A DNA stretch of 62,652 nt, filler included, from Octopus bimaculoides (GCF_001194135.2; 5 parts of 4 records of this genome joined end to end with filler, not necessarily neighbours in it); one strand, 5' to 3'. Shown: positions 26,452 to 39,811, counted from the first letter of the whole stretch. A program made the numbers and translations. The notes: generated by a model not told the origin, from the letters alone.

Positions 26452-26700
26452 AAAGCACGTATCCAGCATGAAGAACTTAAGCGAGCTGCGCGAAAGCGCA
26501 CAGCTCGTATAGTGAATGGGGAAAGCTTGATCTGCAATGTTTGCAGTCGTGTATGCTCGTCAAGAGCAGGGCTCATTAGCCACCAACGGAGCCGCAAATG
26601 CAAAATATAAGTTAGTCCTAGAGCGCACAATGTTCCTGAAGGTCGGTAATGGTCTTCCTCGGTCACGAGTGGACGGCCATCATGTATGTATGTATGTATG
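26452..26700 (+). mobile_element. 3' end of an RTE-clade LINE in a (TATG)n array
   Basis: KRAARKR...LICNVCSRVCSSRAGLISHQRSRKCKI* resembles the RTE/BovB-type C-terminal C2H2-like motif; short 3' UTR and (TATG)n tail. Confidence 0.8.
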
Positions 26701-26988
26701 TGTCTATTTATACATTTACATTTGATTAAAGTTACAAATTCTACCCATCTCCACTACCGTTGTTCCAAGCTGGGCATTACGGGCCACTACTATGGTAAAC
26801 AGCGCTAGGATATATCAAGTATTATATTCCAAACAGTCCGGCGTCCTAATGACGACGAAAACTCTTCGATCACATTTATGTTGTTGGCAGCGACAGACAA
26901 CATAACATTAAAAGACTACCATAGATAATAACATTAAAGATTCTTAGTGCAGTGGGTGGAAATCTGTCTTAGCTGCAGCCACTTGAAA

Positions 26989-26989
<1 letters not shown>

Positions 26990-27063
<74 letters not shown>

Positions 27064-27064
27064 C

Positions 27065-27139
<75 letters not shown>

Positions 27140-27160
27140 AATCTATCTATCTATCTATCT
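26990..27160. repeat. (TATC)n/(TGTC)n tetranucleotide microsatellite
   Basis: Direct inspection. Confidence 0.97.
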
Positions 27161-27283
27161 TTCTATATGTGTGTGTGTGTGTATATAAACATATACACAC
27201 GCACACATATACAAAAAGCATAAAACCAGGATGTATGGAAGGTGAATATGTTATTTTTAATAATCTATTTGATTTCCGTATGA

Positions 27284-27310
27284 TTACAGCTGTTTCGCAG
27301 CTTTCTTCAA
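27284..27310 (-). ncRNA. Minimal hammerhead-like motif, inverted relative to 27608
   Basis: TTGAAGA-AAGCTGC-GAAA-CAGCTG-TA with perfect palindrome ACAGCTGT; helix I not evident. Confidence 0.33.
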
Positions 27311-27607
27311 TAAGTATTATTTTCAGTATGCCAAATTATACGCACTTTTTTACATCAATATGTATGGTCAGTAGTATATCATTGAATTGCATAGTCACAA
27401 ATTGATGCAAATAAAGAAAGTTGACTCATCAGATCACTGGAACATAATAGCTACATCTACGATTCAAATGGAAGTTCAGCTGAATCGTGGATGATCTGGT
27501 GATTTGATGCGATAGATTTTTGTTTTTGTTAATTTGTATGATTTATAAACATACAGTTGTATTGCATAATGCTGAGCATACATAATAACGTAAACACGTA
27601 CATACAA

Positions 27608-27668
27608 TTTTCTAAACTGAAGATGATACTAAATAAAGAAGTTTTACGAAACGGCTGTAATTATAAAA
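27608..27668 (+). ncRNA. Degenerate minimal hammerhead-ribozyme-like motif (Penelope-type)
   Basis: CTGAAGA...C-GAAA-CGGCTG-TA with near-palindromic helix III and 7/9 pairing in an AT-rich helix I. Confidence 0.4.
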
Positions 27669-27805
27669 AAATTCATATGGAAAAATAAATCTATTTTTAC
27701 CACTCACACCTCCTAAATTTATACTTTATATACTTGTCGCCGAAAAAAATATTATTCGGATTTCCTGGATCTTCAGTTGTACGGATGTATTGTATTATAC
27801 TACAG

Positions 27806-27872
27806 AGTAATTGATTACTACGCAAACTGTCAGCCAATCCCGAAAGGAGAGCGTACTGTGGATGCCGCTTGA
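27806..27872 (+). CDS. Candidate terminal exon (VIDYYANCQPIPKGERTVDAA*)
   Basis: Acceptor tattatactacag; phase 2 matches exon 21544-21591 (AG|A = Arg); stop TGA at 27870-27872. Confidence 0.35.
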
Positions 27873-27897
27873 TTTTCTAAATCCAACTTTCTACTAT

Positions 27898-27944
<47 letters not shown>

Positions 27945-28854
27945 AGATTTTATAGTTTGCTTGAAGCATTGTATATGGAATGTAATGTTGAAAGATTTAA
28001 AAGGCCAAATAAGGCAAATAGATTTTAAGATGAGGTAACGTAAACTAAAAGTAAGTTACCTGGTAATCTTTGGTTTTATATGTATTCAATATTTCGGGAC
28101 ATACAAGTTCCTTCTTCAGGGTTAAAAAGGAACTGTCCTTGGTAAGATGTTTTTTGTCGGAGATAAAATAATTCTATGACTGTATTTGAATTTTCAAGCG
28201 TTTCTCTTGTGAATGTTATTGACGTCAAATATTAACTTATCGCTCCACAAATCAATTTTCATCACCTGGTATGGATGGAAAAATGTGGACAATTTATAAT
28301 AAAGCGAGTTTGCTAACATCGTAAGTTACACACCCGTCCAAGCTAATAGTCGCCATACAACTCACGGTTTAGCAAATAAAATTGCTAAAAGGGCGAATAA
28401 AAATCCAAGAAATTAAGGAACGAGTAAAACAGGTAAAACACAGACTATAACCGTTTCATAGCAAAGCAATGCTTGTTACATAAATTGTATCATGCATAGA
28501 AACAGTTTAGCTAATCGTCAGGTCCTATTATCTAAAATTTGTTTTCATCGTCTCATGGAGCTGAACAGATGAATTATTACACTAGCCACAGCACGAAAAT
28601 CGCAAGTTTGATAATTTATTTATTCATCTCCACGCGACACTGTAAACAACTTATACGTAATAAGACCTGAAGATTAGCTAAGCTGGTTCTGTGTGTGATA
28701 CAACTTATATGACAAGCTTTGCTTTACTATAGAACAGTTGTAGTCCGTGTTTTACCGGTTCCGTTCTTGCTTTGTCGAATATATGTATATATAAATATAT
28801 AGGTGAGAAAGTTGGTATGTGAAAGCAGGTGGTTGGATGTATAAAAGAATATAA

Positions 28855-28887
<33 letters not shown>

Positions 28888-28892
28888 ATGTA

Positions 28893-28929
<37 letters not shown>

Positions 28930-29578
28930 NNNNNNNNNNNNNNNNNNNNNNNNNNNNNNNNNNNNNNNNNNNNNNNNNNNNNNNNNNNNNNNNNNNNNNN
29001 NNNNNNNNNNNNNNNNNNNNNNNNNNNNNNNNNNNNNNNNNNNNNNNNNNNNNNNNNNNNNNNNNNNNNNNNNNNNNNNNNNNNNNNNNNNNNNNNNNNN
29101 NNNNNNNNNNNNNNNNNNNNNNNNNNNNNNNNNNNNNNNNNNNNNNNNNNNNNNNNNNNNNNNNNNNNNNNNNNNNNNNNNNNNNNNNNNNNNNNNNNNN
29201 NNNNNNNNNNNNNNNNNNNNNNNNNNNNNNNNNNNNNNNNNNNNNNNNNNNNNNNNNNNNNNNNNNNNNNNNNNNNNNNNNNNNNNNNNNNNNNNNNNNN
29301 NNNNNNNNNNNNNNNNNNNNNNNNNNNNNNNNNNNNNNNNNNNNNNNNNNNNNNNNNNNNNNNNNNNNNNNNNNNNNNNNNNNNNNNNNNNNNNNNNNNN
29401 NNNNNNNNNNNNNNNNNNNNNNNNNNNNNNNNNNNNNNNNNNNNNNNNNNNNNNNNNNNNNNNNNNNNNNNNNNNNNNNNNNNNNNNNNNNNNNNNNNNN
29501 NNNNNNNNNNNNNNNNNNNNNNNNNNNNNNNNNNNNNNNNNNNNNNNNNNNNNNNNNNNNNNNNNNNNNNNNNNNNNN

Positions 29579-29619
<41 letters not shown>

Positions 29620-31512
29620 TACATAATTATATGTAAGAAATTAAAATGACAAAGGAATAAGAAATTATGTCTTGAACTTCATGACGTTCATGACGTAATT
29701 TCTTATTCCCTTGTCATTTAAAAAAAAATTCTTGTTACTCCTCTGTACCCGAATGATGCTTTGTTCGGAAGCATGTATATATTGAATTCTAACACCGGGT
29801 TATTAATATCGCTATGCCTATACAAAGAGAGAAGCAAAAAGTGGTGATGGAGAGAAACAAAGAAAAAGCAGAATAGGTAGAGAGAGAGAAAATAGGGAGT
29901 CGGGAGAGAGAGAGAATAGGGAGTCGGCAGAGAGAAGCGTAGGGGAAGATAAAGTGTTTGAGAAACAACGAGATCGCTGCAAAACAAATTGCATTAATTA
30001 TTTGGAAAGCTCTATGTGATAGAAACTTAAGAGTTAAGGCTTAACAAATGAGTTATTCATTTATTCGGCAAACAAGTTTACTTTTCTCTTATATATGTGC
30101 ACCTTAATGTGTGTGTGTATTTGTATGTGTATATATTTATGAGTGTGTGTGTGTGTTAATATGTGTGTTTATGTATGTGTATACCTTTGTTATGAATGTC
30201 AAGCTTTTGTTTCTAACTGCTGTATACTTTTATTTTCGTTTGCACATGAGTTTCTGTTTGTTGTCTAGGAAAAACGACATTCTGTTTAATATATTGGTTC
30301 CAAACTTTGGCGCAAGGCCACCAATTCTAGGTTTGGCGGGAGAGTCGATTAGATCGACTCCAATACTCAATTCGTACTTTTTTATCGACCTCGGTGGAAT
30401 TTGGAGTCAGAACGTAAAGACGGACGAAACGCCGATAGGCATTTTGTCCGGTGCAGTAACGATTCTGCCAGCTCGCTACCCTATTCTGTTTAATATATCG
30501 TGATAATAATGAATGAGATTCTCGTTTAGAGTATTCTAAAGATCAGAAATCATTGAAATCTTTTAGGCAAAAAGACGTGTGTAAATGTGTAATAGTCGGA
30601 TCATTTTATCGCCACAATGGATCGTTTAGCCTAAAATCGTGGATCATGCAAACAGGTTTCGCATTTTATTATCATCAGATATTTAAAGGCAGTGAGCTGG
30701 CAGAATCTTTAGCATGCTGGCAAAATGCGTAGCGGTATTTCGTCAGTTTTTACGTTTTGAGTTCAAATTCCGCCAATGTTGACTTTTCCTTTCATCCTTT
30801 CAGAGTCGGTAGCATAGACACAAAGACACACACACATGAATACACACACACATACATACAGACAGACAGATAAACACACACACACACACACACATACGAC
30901 GCGGCTTCTTTCAGTTTCCGTTAACCAAATTCATTCAGAAGGCTTTGGTCAACCCGAGGTTATATTAGAAGACACCTCCCCAAGGTGTCACGCAGTGGGA
31001 CAGAACTCTGAACCATGTGGTTGGGAAGCAAGCTTGTTACCACACAGCTACATTTGCGCCTTTCTCAGTTTTATAAAAATTCCATTTTGAACAAGCTTTC
31101 AGAATTGATATCTGTCGCCGTAGAACCAAAATGTACAAAAATAATTTTAGTTATGTAACGATCGGCAATCGAATACTTACGTCATAATCATGTACGCTCC
31201 AAAAATTTCAATTCAGTTCACGAATCTAAACAAATTCATTATTTTTGCCGTCGTATGTTACAAAAACCAGCGATCGAACAACTGAACAAACTACATCAAA
31301 AAGATTTTTTTGTTTTTGTTTTTGTTAACCTTATTCAGCAGTGCTTATAGTTTATTCTAGTAGATAAATACAAAGTTGTCTGATATATTACACTGATTAC
31401 TTAAAAACCAGTAAACGTGAAACTGATGGCTGCAATCGATTTGACTTCAGTTTAAAATGTATAACCATAACTGACTCTACATCCTTCTTTTAAGGTACTT
31501 ACACCTCTGGAG

Positions 31513-31912
31513 TGGAGGCGCAATGGCCCAGTTCTTAGGGCAGCGGACACGTGGTCATAGGATCGTGGTTTCGATTCCCAGACCAAGCTTTGTGAGTGTT
31601 TATTGAGCGAAAACACCTAAAGCTCCACGAGGCTCCACGAGGCTCCGGCAGGGGATGGTGGCAAACCCTGCTGTACTCTTTCACCACAACTTTCTCTTAC
31701 TCTTACTTCCTCTTTCTGTTGTGCCTGTAATTCAAAGGGTCAGCCTTGTCACACTGTGTCACGCTGAATCTCCCCGAGAACTACGTTAAGGGTACACGTG
31801 TCTGTGGAGTGCTCAGCCACTTGCACGTTAATTTCACGAGCACGCTGTTCCGTTGGTCGAAAACAAAAGATCAACTAGAACCCTCGACGTCGTAAGCGAC
31901 GGAGTGCCAACA
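31513..31912 (+). mobile_element. Full-length tRNA-derived SINE (family A) with 12-bp TSD
   Basis: A/B-box head (tggcccag..ttag / ggtttcgattccc), (CAA)n tail, TSD acacctctggag at 31501-31512 and 31913-31924. Confidence 0.92.
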
Positions 31913-32019
31913 ACACCTCTGGAGGGTTTTTTTTTTTACACTGTTGGGTATCTCTTATATTGCTTACTATGTCAAAGGTATTGAGACAATTGAGAAAGTG
32001 GTAATTACACACTACGTCA

Positions 32020-33010
32020 TCAATATTTAGTTGCTCTTTAAATTCTTGGTTAGGGAGCCGCGTGTCTAATTAAGCATGTAAGTGTTAATACTTGTGGTTT
32101 TAATACTTGTAGTTTTATTGTTTTTTAAACAGTTTTATCGTCTTTTAAATCGTTTAATTAGCTTTAAACATAGGAAGGTTTATAATATTAGTTTATAACA
32201 AGTACTTTTATTGTTCCTGTTTAATGAAATTTAAGTGTATATTAGTCACCGGTAATTTGATATTATAACTTGTACTGGTGATATATTGATGAGTATGTAG
32301 TGTTATATTATTAACTTTTGAATGATGAAATAACGTATTTCACTCAAAAAAAATTAGTAAAATTAATTTCAATCGTGTTTTGTTTTGGAAAGAATTTTAT
32401 AAAGTATAAACTTTCATTATAGTAATATCTATGGCAGACCGGCGTGATTATTATTTATATGGACTTAAAGATGGATCGCAATTTAGCATATAATTTTGTT
32501 ATTGCTGTTTATTATTAATACCGATATAATGTACATTGATTTAAATGTCTCTTGTTGTAATTTTAGTAAGGTTAGTGTTTAATCCTGCCTATATATTGAT
32601 TGATTGAAATAATGTGGTTATTAAGCTTTACTTTTACATTACACTACGGAAGACAGCTGGGATTATAATTTTTTATGATTTAATAGAGTTGTCGCTGTTT
32701 AGTTATGTATTTAGGAGGGGTTGTAATTTACTTATGGAATTTATTTATCGATACGGTTGTACAATGGGTAAATGTGTTTGAAAGTTGTGATTTCTTTGGT
32801 CTGTTTGTTCCCAAACAACACTTATTTTGGTGATGTTGACACTGCCGGATTGAATGGTACTGCCCAGGTGTCGAAACCATAATTATATCCGTGGGGCAGC
32901 TGATGATGGAGATATGCTGGATTGTTGGAATGGCTGTTTTGTTTATGTGGATTAGTATTATTGGATTGTTGGTATGGCTGTGGAATAGTATTATAACACA
33001 TCTTTTTGAT
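32020..33010 (-). mobile_element. Degenerate Penelope-like element remnant (linker and GIY-YIG region)
   Basis: Minus-strand WAVPFNPAVST...FKHIYP resembles the WFNPPF..ST...KHFP linker; QYIGR remnant downstream; many stops. Confidence 0.45.
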
Positions 33011-33228
33011 ACATGCATACATATATATAAACACACTCAACGACATCTTCACCGCCAACACGACCAACAAAAGCCACCGCACCAACACCACTAAGAATAC
33101 ATACTCACACATAGACCGTGNNNNNNNNNNNNNNNNNNNNNNNNNNNNNNNNNNNNNNNNNNNNNNNNNNNNNNNNNNNNNNNNNNNNNNNNNNNNNNNN
33201 NNNNNNNNNNNNNNNNNNNNNNNNNNNN

Positions 33229-33261
<33 letters not shown>

Positions 33262-35430
33262 TATGCATATATACAAATATCTACACACATACACACACAC
33301 ACACACATATATGCATACATACATTCATATATATATATATACATACACACTTATACATGCATATATACATTTATATATGACATATGTATACACACACATG
33401 CATACATACACACATACACATATACATACATACATACATGCATACATACATACATACACACATACATAGTATACATACATAATACATACGTATGTATGTA
33501 TGTATGTATGTATGTATGTAGACGCAGACGATAGTCTAAAGCGTGTCTTTGAAGGTTTTCCCTTACAACCCAAAGAAGCCCAGATCAGTAAATGTTTTTA
33601 TTTGTTCTTTTCCAAATAGGAGAAACCCCTTTTATTCACCAACTTAAGGTCATTTATACCGGATTTTAACGACTATTGGTTATGTGGAATTTAGTTTATT
33701 CGATCATTTCAGATTTAAATAATATCAGCTGCACCAATATTGACATGAATCTTACTACTCTATCTGTGAGATATCTTCGCAAAATAAAGACGAAATGTAA
33801 TTTAATTCAATTTCACTCGGTTTTGTCATTAACTCGTGGTGTTCTCCGATGCTATAAGAAGTCCAAGAATATCCTGCGATTGGCGATATGAAGTAGTTAA
33901 AGAAATTGTGGGACGAATCTAACCTAAACTCAAGCCACTTCACAGTTAAACAGGTTTCTTTCTATATCCGGAAGATGGCTGTCAGAGAGCAATCAATGTT
34001 ATCCTCCTTCTGATGCTAGTAGTCATTCCGACTATATTCAAAATCAGTCCAAAACTGCCATAGACACCGACAAGTATGTAAACAAACTGACACCGCCAGC
34101 TCCTCGATCATTCAACTCTGTCGGACCAGTATCTCCGCCTGTTGATTCTGTAGAGATGATTATAGAATATTCGCAGCTGAAAAACATTATGTAACCATTG
34201 TTCGAAAATAATTTCACCAGCTTCTGTAATATATCGTTAAGTAAGTGACAGGATGGGAAGAAAATCAGCCACCCTCATGATAGAAATTATTGCTATTGTT
34301 AGTGACAGTATAGAAAGTGATAAAACGTACTGGAATATCCAGAACTACCTGTATTCGGCCGCTATCATTCTGATGGAATACTTGAAAGATATTTGGAAAG
34401 CAAACGGTAATCGAAAAGACATTATGAGCAACCAAGGTTGGTAACGACTCTAAAAGAAGGGAAAAAGAATTTATTTCACAGAATAGAGCAGTTAAATGCC
34501 ATTAGGAAGTGTAGTGTGAATGGTAAGTTCATATCACACCAATACATCTTGAGAAAATAACGAAAATGGCCGGAGATATTGCTCCAAATCTTGAGGGAAA
34601 TGAATAACTATAAAACGTGAACTCAAAATTCAGAGTAAAAAAACCTCGTTATAGGAAAAGTATTACAATGAAATAAGATAAAATACAAGTTTGTTTTCAA
34701 CTTATAAGTTATGTACAATGAGGTGAATGAGTAAGGGATCTCTTCCCAGGAAGATATAAAGTCATTCTTATCTAGGATTTGGAATGAAAGTAAGGAGTTT
34801 AATGGGAATGCAATAAATCGAGAATACTGTACCAACACCGTCAATAAAACTTAACGATCGACGTTGAAATTTTCATCATTACTTTGAAATGACAACATAA
34901 TGGGAAGACACCAAACAACCCCCTCAAATATAGTTACTGGTATAAAATGTTGGCGTTTTAGAGAGGGAGTCAGAGAGAGACAGGGAAGGCAGGAGTGATA
35001 AAAAGTGGAAGGAAGAGCGAGAGAAATGTGGTTTAACTTCAGTTTAGTTTCAAAGCATGCCTAAAATGGGTCTTGTTAAAAAAAAAAGAAAAAGAAAAAC
35101 ACGCCGTAAATTTAATTCAAATCTTTCTCCACAATTTTTCCTATCTCTCGATATGTGTGTGTACATATATGTGTATATATATATATACACACATACATTT
35201 TGTTATTGATAACGTCACACGTATAATGATCATCGAATTGTTGATACAGAAACTTAGTCTATTATATATGTCTCCATATCTATATCAATCAACACATGCA
35301 CGCGCGCGCACACACACACATATGCATGCATGCATACATACATACATACATACATACACAGTACGCAAATACACAGTATGCAATTTGTTGCATTTACATA
35401 ATATGTGTGTGTGTCTGTGTGTAATATATA

Positions 35431-36302
35431 TAGGGTGGGCCAAAATTAGTGCCCCAACTTGAGTTTTTGAAAAAAGATACATGACATGTAATGAAAAGGT
35501 AAAAAATGGACATGTAATACACCCACAAATTTTACATGAAACATGAAGAGAACATCAATTTGACAAGTCATTCAAAGTGACGGCCATTCGTTGCTATTCA
35601 CGACTCGTAAGGCCTGGCCAAACTTTTCGACACATTTGTTCGGAAAGTTGACCGAGACATACAGTTACTTGTTCCAATTGGTTCAAATTATGGATCGTTT
35701 CCTTATAGACTTGATCCCTGAGAAAAACGTCACACGGAGTTAAACCCGGAGACCTTGCTGGATATTCACAAAAGCTGTCGCGACACCCAATCCAACAATT
35801 TCGTAGGTGCTGATCGAAGAAGTTTTTTGAACGTTTGTCATAATGAGGCGGTGCTCCACCTTGCACAAAGATTTTGGAATGACATTATCGAAAATACGGC
35901 CAGGCGATGTTTTCACACAACGCCAGATAACGATCGCCATTCATCGTCTCTCGATGAACATGAATTGCACAAATTCCTGAAGACGATATCGCCGCCCAAA
36001 TGACAAGAGAAGTTGAATTGACGTGCTTTTCTCAAACCATTCCAGGGCCATCTTCTGAATAATAGAAGCAGTTATGGCGGTTGATGCGACCGGAAACATG
36101 GAAAGTCGCTTCATAAGAGAAAATGAGTCGCTAAAAAAATCTGGAATCTCTGGCTTCTGCCAGCATTCTCTCACAAAATTCGACACGTCGAATAATCAAT
36201 GACATATAGAAATAATAACGGCATGCATCAAGAAACTACAGAACTAATAGACACACATAATTGAGATACATAAAGTCGGGGCACTAATTTTGGCCCACCC
36301 TG
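35431..36302 (-). mobile_element. Decayed, internally deleted Tc1/mariner (IS630-Tc1-mariner) DNA transposon
   Basis: About 30-bp TIRs (c/t)AGGGTGGGCCAAAATTAGTGCCCC(a/g)ACTT at both ends with TA flanks. Minus-strand remnant 35594-35866 GGAPPH...CWIGCRD...YPARSPGLTPCDVFL matches DDE-domain motifs QDGAPPH, WIGR and WPPRSPDLTP. Confidence 0.92.
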
Positions 36303-36793
36303 TATACACACGCACACACACGCACATATACCCATATGTTAAACGAGGGTGATGAGGTGAATGACGTTTACAAAACCTTTCTCTAACAATTGAAATTTGC
36401 CTCTTAGAGAAAGTAAACCAAATCTAATACTAATCATTAATTACTATCGTAAAAAAAGGATAACGAGAATTTTAACAAATTAATTAATTTCAATAATTGG
36501 AATGAGTTTAGATGAATTAAGAAGTGATCCACTGAATTATGTATCTAAATTTATGTCATTAACCTACTTAAGTTATTTTCCTTAAATTATATTATTTTTA
36601 ACTCTGCAGATTACTAGGAAATTACTATTGACTAAGAATCTTAGTAACAATTTTCTTGCTATAAAAAATATTTGTGAATTGATCAAGCTGGCTTCAGTTG
36701 AACTGGCTTCGCTGACAGGATCCTATAAAACCAGAAAATGCCCCAAATTGACTCTCTTACTTGCTCACAGTGATCAAATTTCTCCACATAATA

Positions 36794-37100
36794 CAGGGGT
36801 TCTCAACCATTTTTTACTATTTTATTCTGGTGGACCCCAGTAGCCATTCCATGTTTAAAAACTAGTTTTATAGAATGTTATTTATTAATATTTTCACACA
36901 TTAATTTGTGTAAGTTGAACTATGTAAAATGTTAGAGAAAGAAACCTAGCTGTTTCTTGCAATGCATACCAATACTTATGTCTAAAGCAAATTTTTTTCA
37001 GGGGCCCTTGTGGATCCCCAGTTTACATTTTATTGCATGGACCCCCAAATATCTTATATGGACCCTCAGGGGTCATATGGACCTCGGTTGAGGTCCACTG
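36794..37100. mobile_element. hAT/Charlie-type MITE
   Basis: Termini CAGGGGTTCTCAACC / GGTTGAGGTCCACTG; 8-bp TSD not preserved. Confidence 0.55.
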
Positions 37101-37979
37101 GCCTAACTTACAATTCAACTTTGAGAAATGCATTCTTAATTTTTAACAATTACCTCCCTTCTTCTTTGATAGTTACTATCAATTGCCGCTAGGTTTATAC
37201 TTTCCCCATCGAAGAGGGAAATCTCACTTATTCCAGAATCGTTTACTTACGTCATTTAACATATCACCTCTTAACTTGTTTATCTAAATTTATACCATTG
37301 TTCAACTTGAGTTATTTCCCATTGCTTATTGCATTTTAAAAATATGTGTATACGTTTTAATCAGATACGCATATAGAGGCAAGTATATCCCAAGGCAATT
37401 ACACACTCATACACAACCACATACATGCACACAAAGAATCACAGTGACACGAGATACACACCTCTAAACTCTTTCTCGCCTCCTGTCTCGCCTTTCTCTC
37501 TCCCCCCTCTCTCTCACGCACTCACAACCACGCGCGCAGATACACATCTATAAGCATAAAGATGCGCAGTTGCGCACTTATATCAGTGTGTATCTATAAA
37601 CAAGGATGGTAACTGGTAGGACTGGATGATAGTGATGCTGCTGGAGCTGCTACCGGCACAAGTAGTGGTGGTGGTGGTGGTGGTGGTGGTGGTGGTGGTA
37701 GCTGGTGTTGGTGGCCATTGTAGTAGTAGTAGTAGTGATGGCGGTGGTGAGGGGGTGATGATGACGACGACAACGAAGACGATGACGACGATGATGATGA
37801 TGATAATGCGTCGGTGGAGAAGATTAGAATTAAGCAACGCCAGAATGACAGGGAAGAGGAGTAGGAAAATGCAGGCGTTTGTGTTGAATCACAACACTGA
37901 AATGGAAAATGTTGGAAAATGTTTAAAAAGAAAAAATAAAGAGACTAAAATTAGGGTAAGAATAATTAACGTGAAACAA

Positions 37980-38550
37980 ATTTTTCTTAAAGAGAATGAA
38001 TTAAAGACGTGACAAAGACGTGATATGGAAGAAAGAATTCAAAGAAAGAGTTGAATGAGAGAAAATTTATGAATAAGCAAAACTGCATTGAGAAAGTAAA
38101 ATAATGATAATAACGAAACAATTACATTTTCGTGAAAGAGAGAAAAACTGAATGAGAGAGAAAGAAGGAAAGAAGGAAAAAGAAGAAAAAGTAAAAAGAA
38201 TGGAGGAAAGAGAGAAATTGAAGTGAATGAGTGAATAAATAGTCGTTAGTAGGAAAGAAAGAAAGTAATGAGTAAATGAAAGAAGTGATAAGGGAAAGAA
38301 GAATGTTAGAAATACAAAAGAAAGAAGTGGGAATGAAAGAAAGAAAGAAATGGAAGACGATGGGATAACCGAAAGAAAGACAGAAAGAAAGAAGAATAGA
38401 GGAAAGATAAAAAATAAACGAAAAGAAAAAATTTTAAAAAAGTAATGAATAACTTGAGAAAAAAAAAAACGTTAAGAAAAAGTTGTAGAGAAATAAAAAG
38501 AAAGAAGAAATATGAAAATCTTTAAAAAAAAGGACAGAAATAAATAAAAT
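37980..38550 (+). repeat. Low-complexity purine-rich (GAAA-like) tract
   Basis: About 570 bp strongly dominated by A/G on the plus strand. Confidence 0.85.
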
Positions 38551-38667
38551 TAACAAAGAAATACGAAAAGAATTGAATCACTCAATGATTTACTATAGAA
38601 AAATAATGAGTGCGTGTGTCCGTGTGTGTGCGTGTGTATGTGTGTGTATATATATATATATATATAT

Positions 38668-38750
<83 letters not shown>

Positions 38751-39646
38751 CACTCGTATATACATATATTTATACATATCAATCTGTATACACACACACA
38801 CACACTCACTCATATATATACAAATTTACATTTCAAAAGGTCTGCCGGAAAAAAGGTACGTGCCTTCCTTCCGGCGCAACATTTGCACGGCACTAAAAAG
38901 TTTTGGGCGTCGTACAAATGTTCCACATCTCACTCAGTGTAGCAACAACCAACATAACTAGTGTGTAGAATGCAAGCCACTATACAGAAAAATGAAAATG
39001 AATACAGAAAGCGTAATTGGTATTTTATATTTCATATAATGTTCACGTGTTTCAGAAAGCCGACGGCCGTTATTACGTATACTCAGTTATGCAACACAAT
39101 ACATTCAATTCACTTCGTCAGCATTATGAGCAATAATACAACATAGAGAAAATTATGATCCTTTCTATACACAAGTAAACAAATTAAGTAGCATTAGGTT
39201 ATTATAGCAGGGTAGAGGGTGAAGAAAGTGAGAGGGTAAGAATGCGTGATGGAGGAGCATGATGAGGTAGAGATAGGAAGGCTATCAAGGCCAAGCCTAG
39301 CCCTATTCACTGGTATGCACAGACACACATAAACATACAGAGTAATGAGGAAAGAAAGTAGAGGAAGAAACGGACTCCAGACAATGTATCTTTTACCTTT
39401 TAATTGCTTCAGTTATTCGACTGCGGCCATGCAGGGGCACCATTTGAAAGGGGTAGTCGAACACATCGACCTCAGTGCTTATTATTTTTTAAATCTAGTA
39501 CTTTTTTTATCGGGGCCTTTTGCCGAACTGCTAAGTTTGGATTAAACAAACCAGCACCGGTTGTCAAGCGGGAGTGGTGGTGGACAAACACATACGCAAA
39601 GCACATAGATATATACACATCAGACACACACACATCTATCTATCTA

Positions 39647-39709
<63 letters not shown>

Positions 39710-39811
39710 CTCCCTCTCTCTCTCCACCTCTCTCTCTCTATATATATATACATACATGCATACATACATACATACATACATACATACATACATACATACA
39801 TACATACATAC

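Noticed and set aside
31513-31590. tRNA-like sequence with A and B boxes (also 47102-47170 and reverse at 9470-9545)
   Set aside because: These are SINE heads continuing into repeat bodies with tails and TSDs; no complete cloverleaf.
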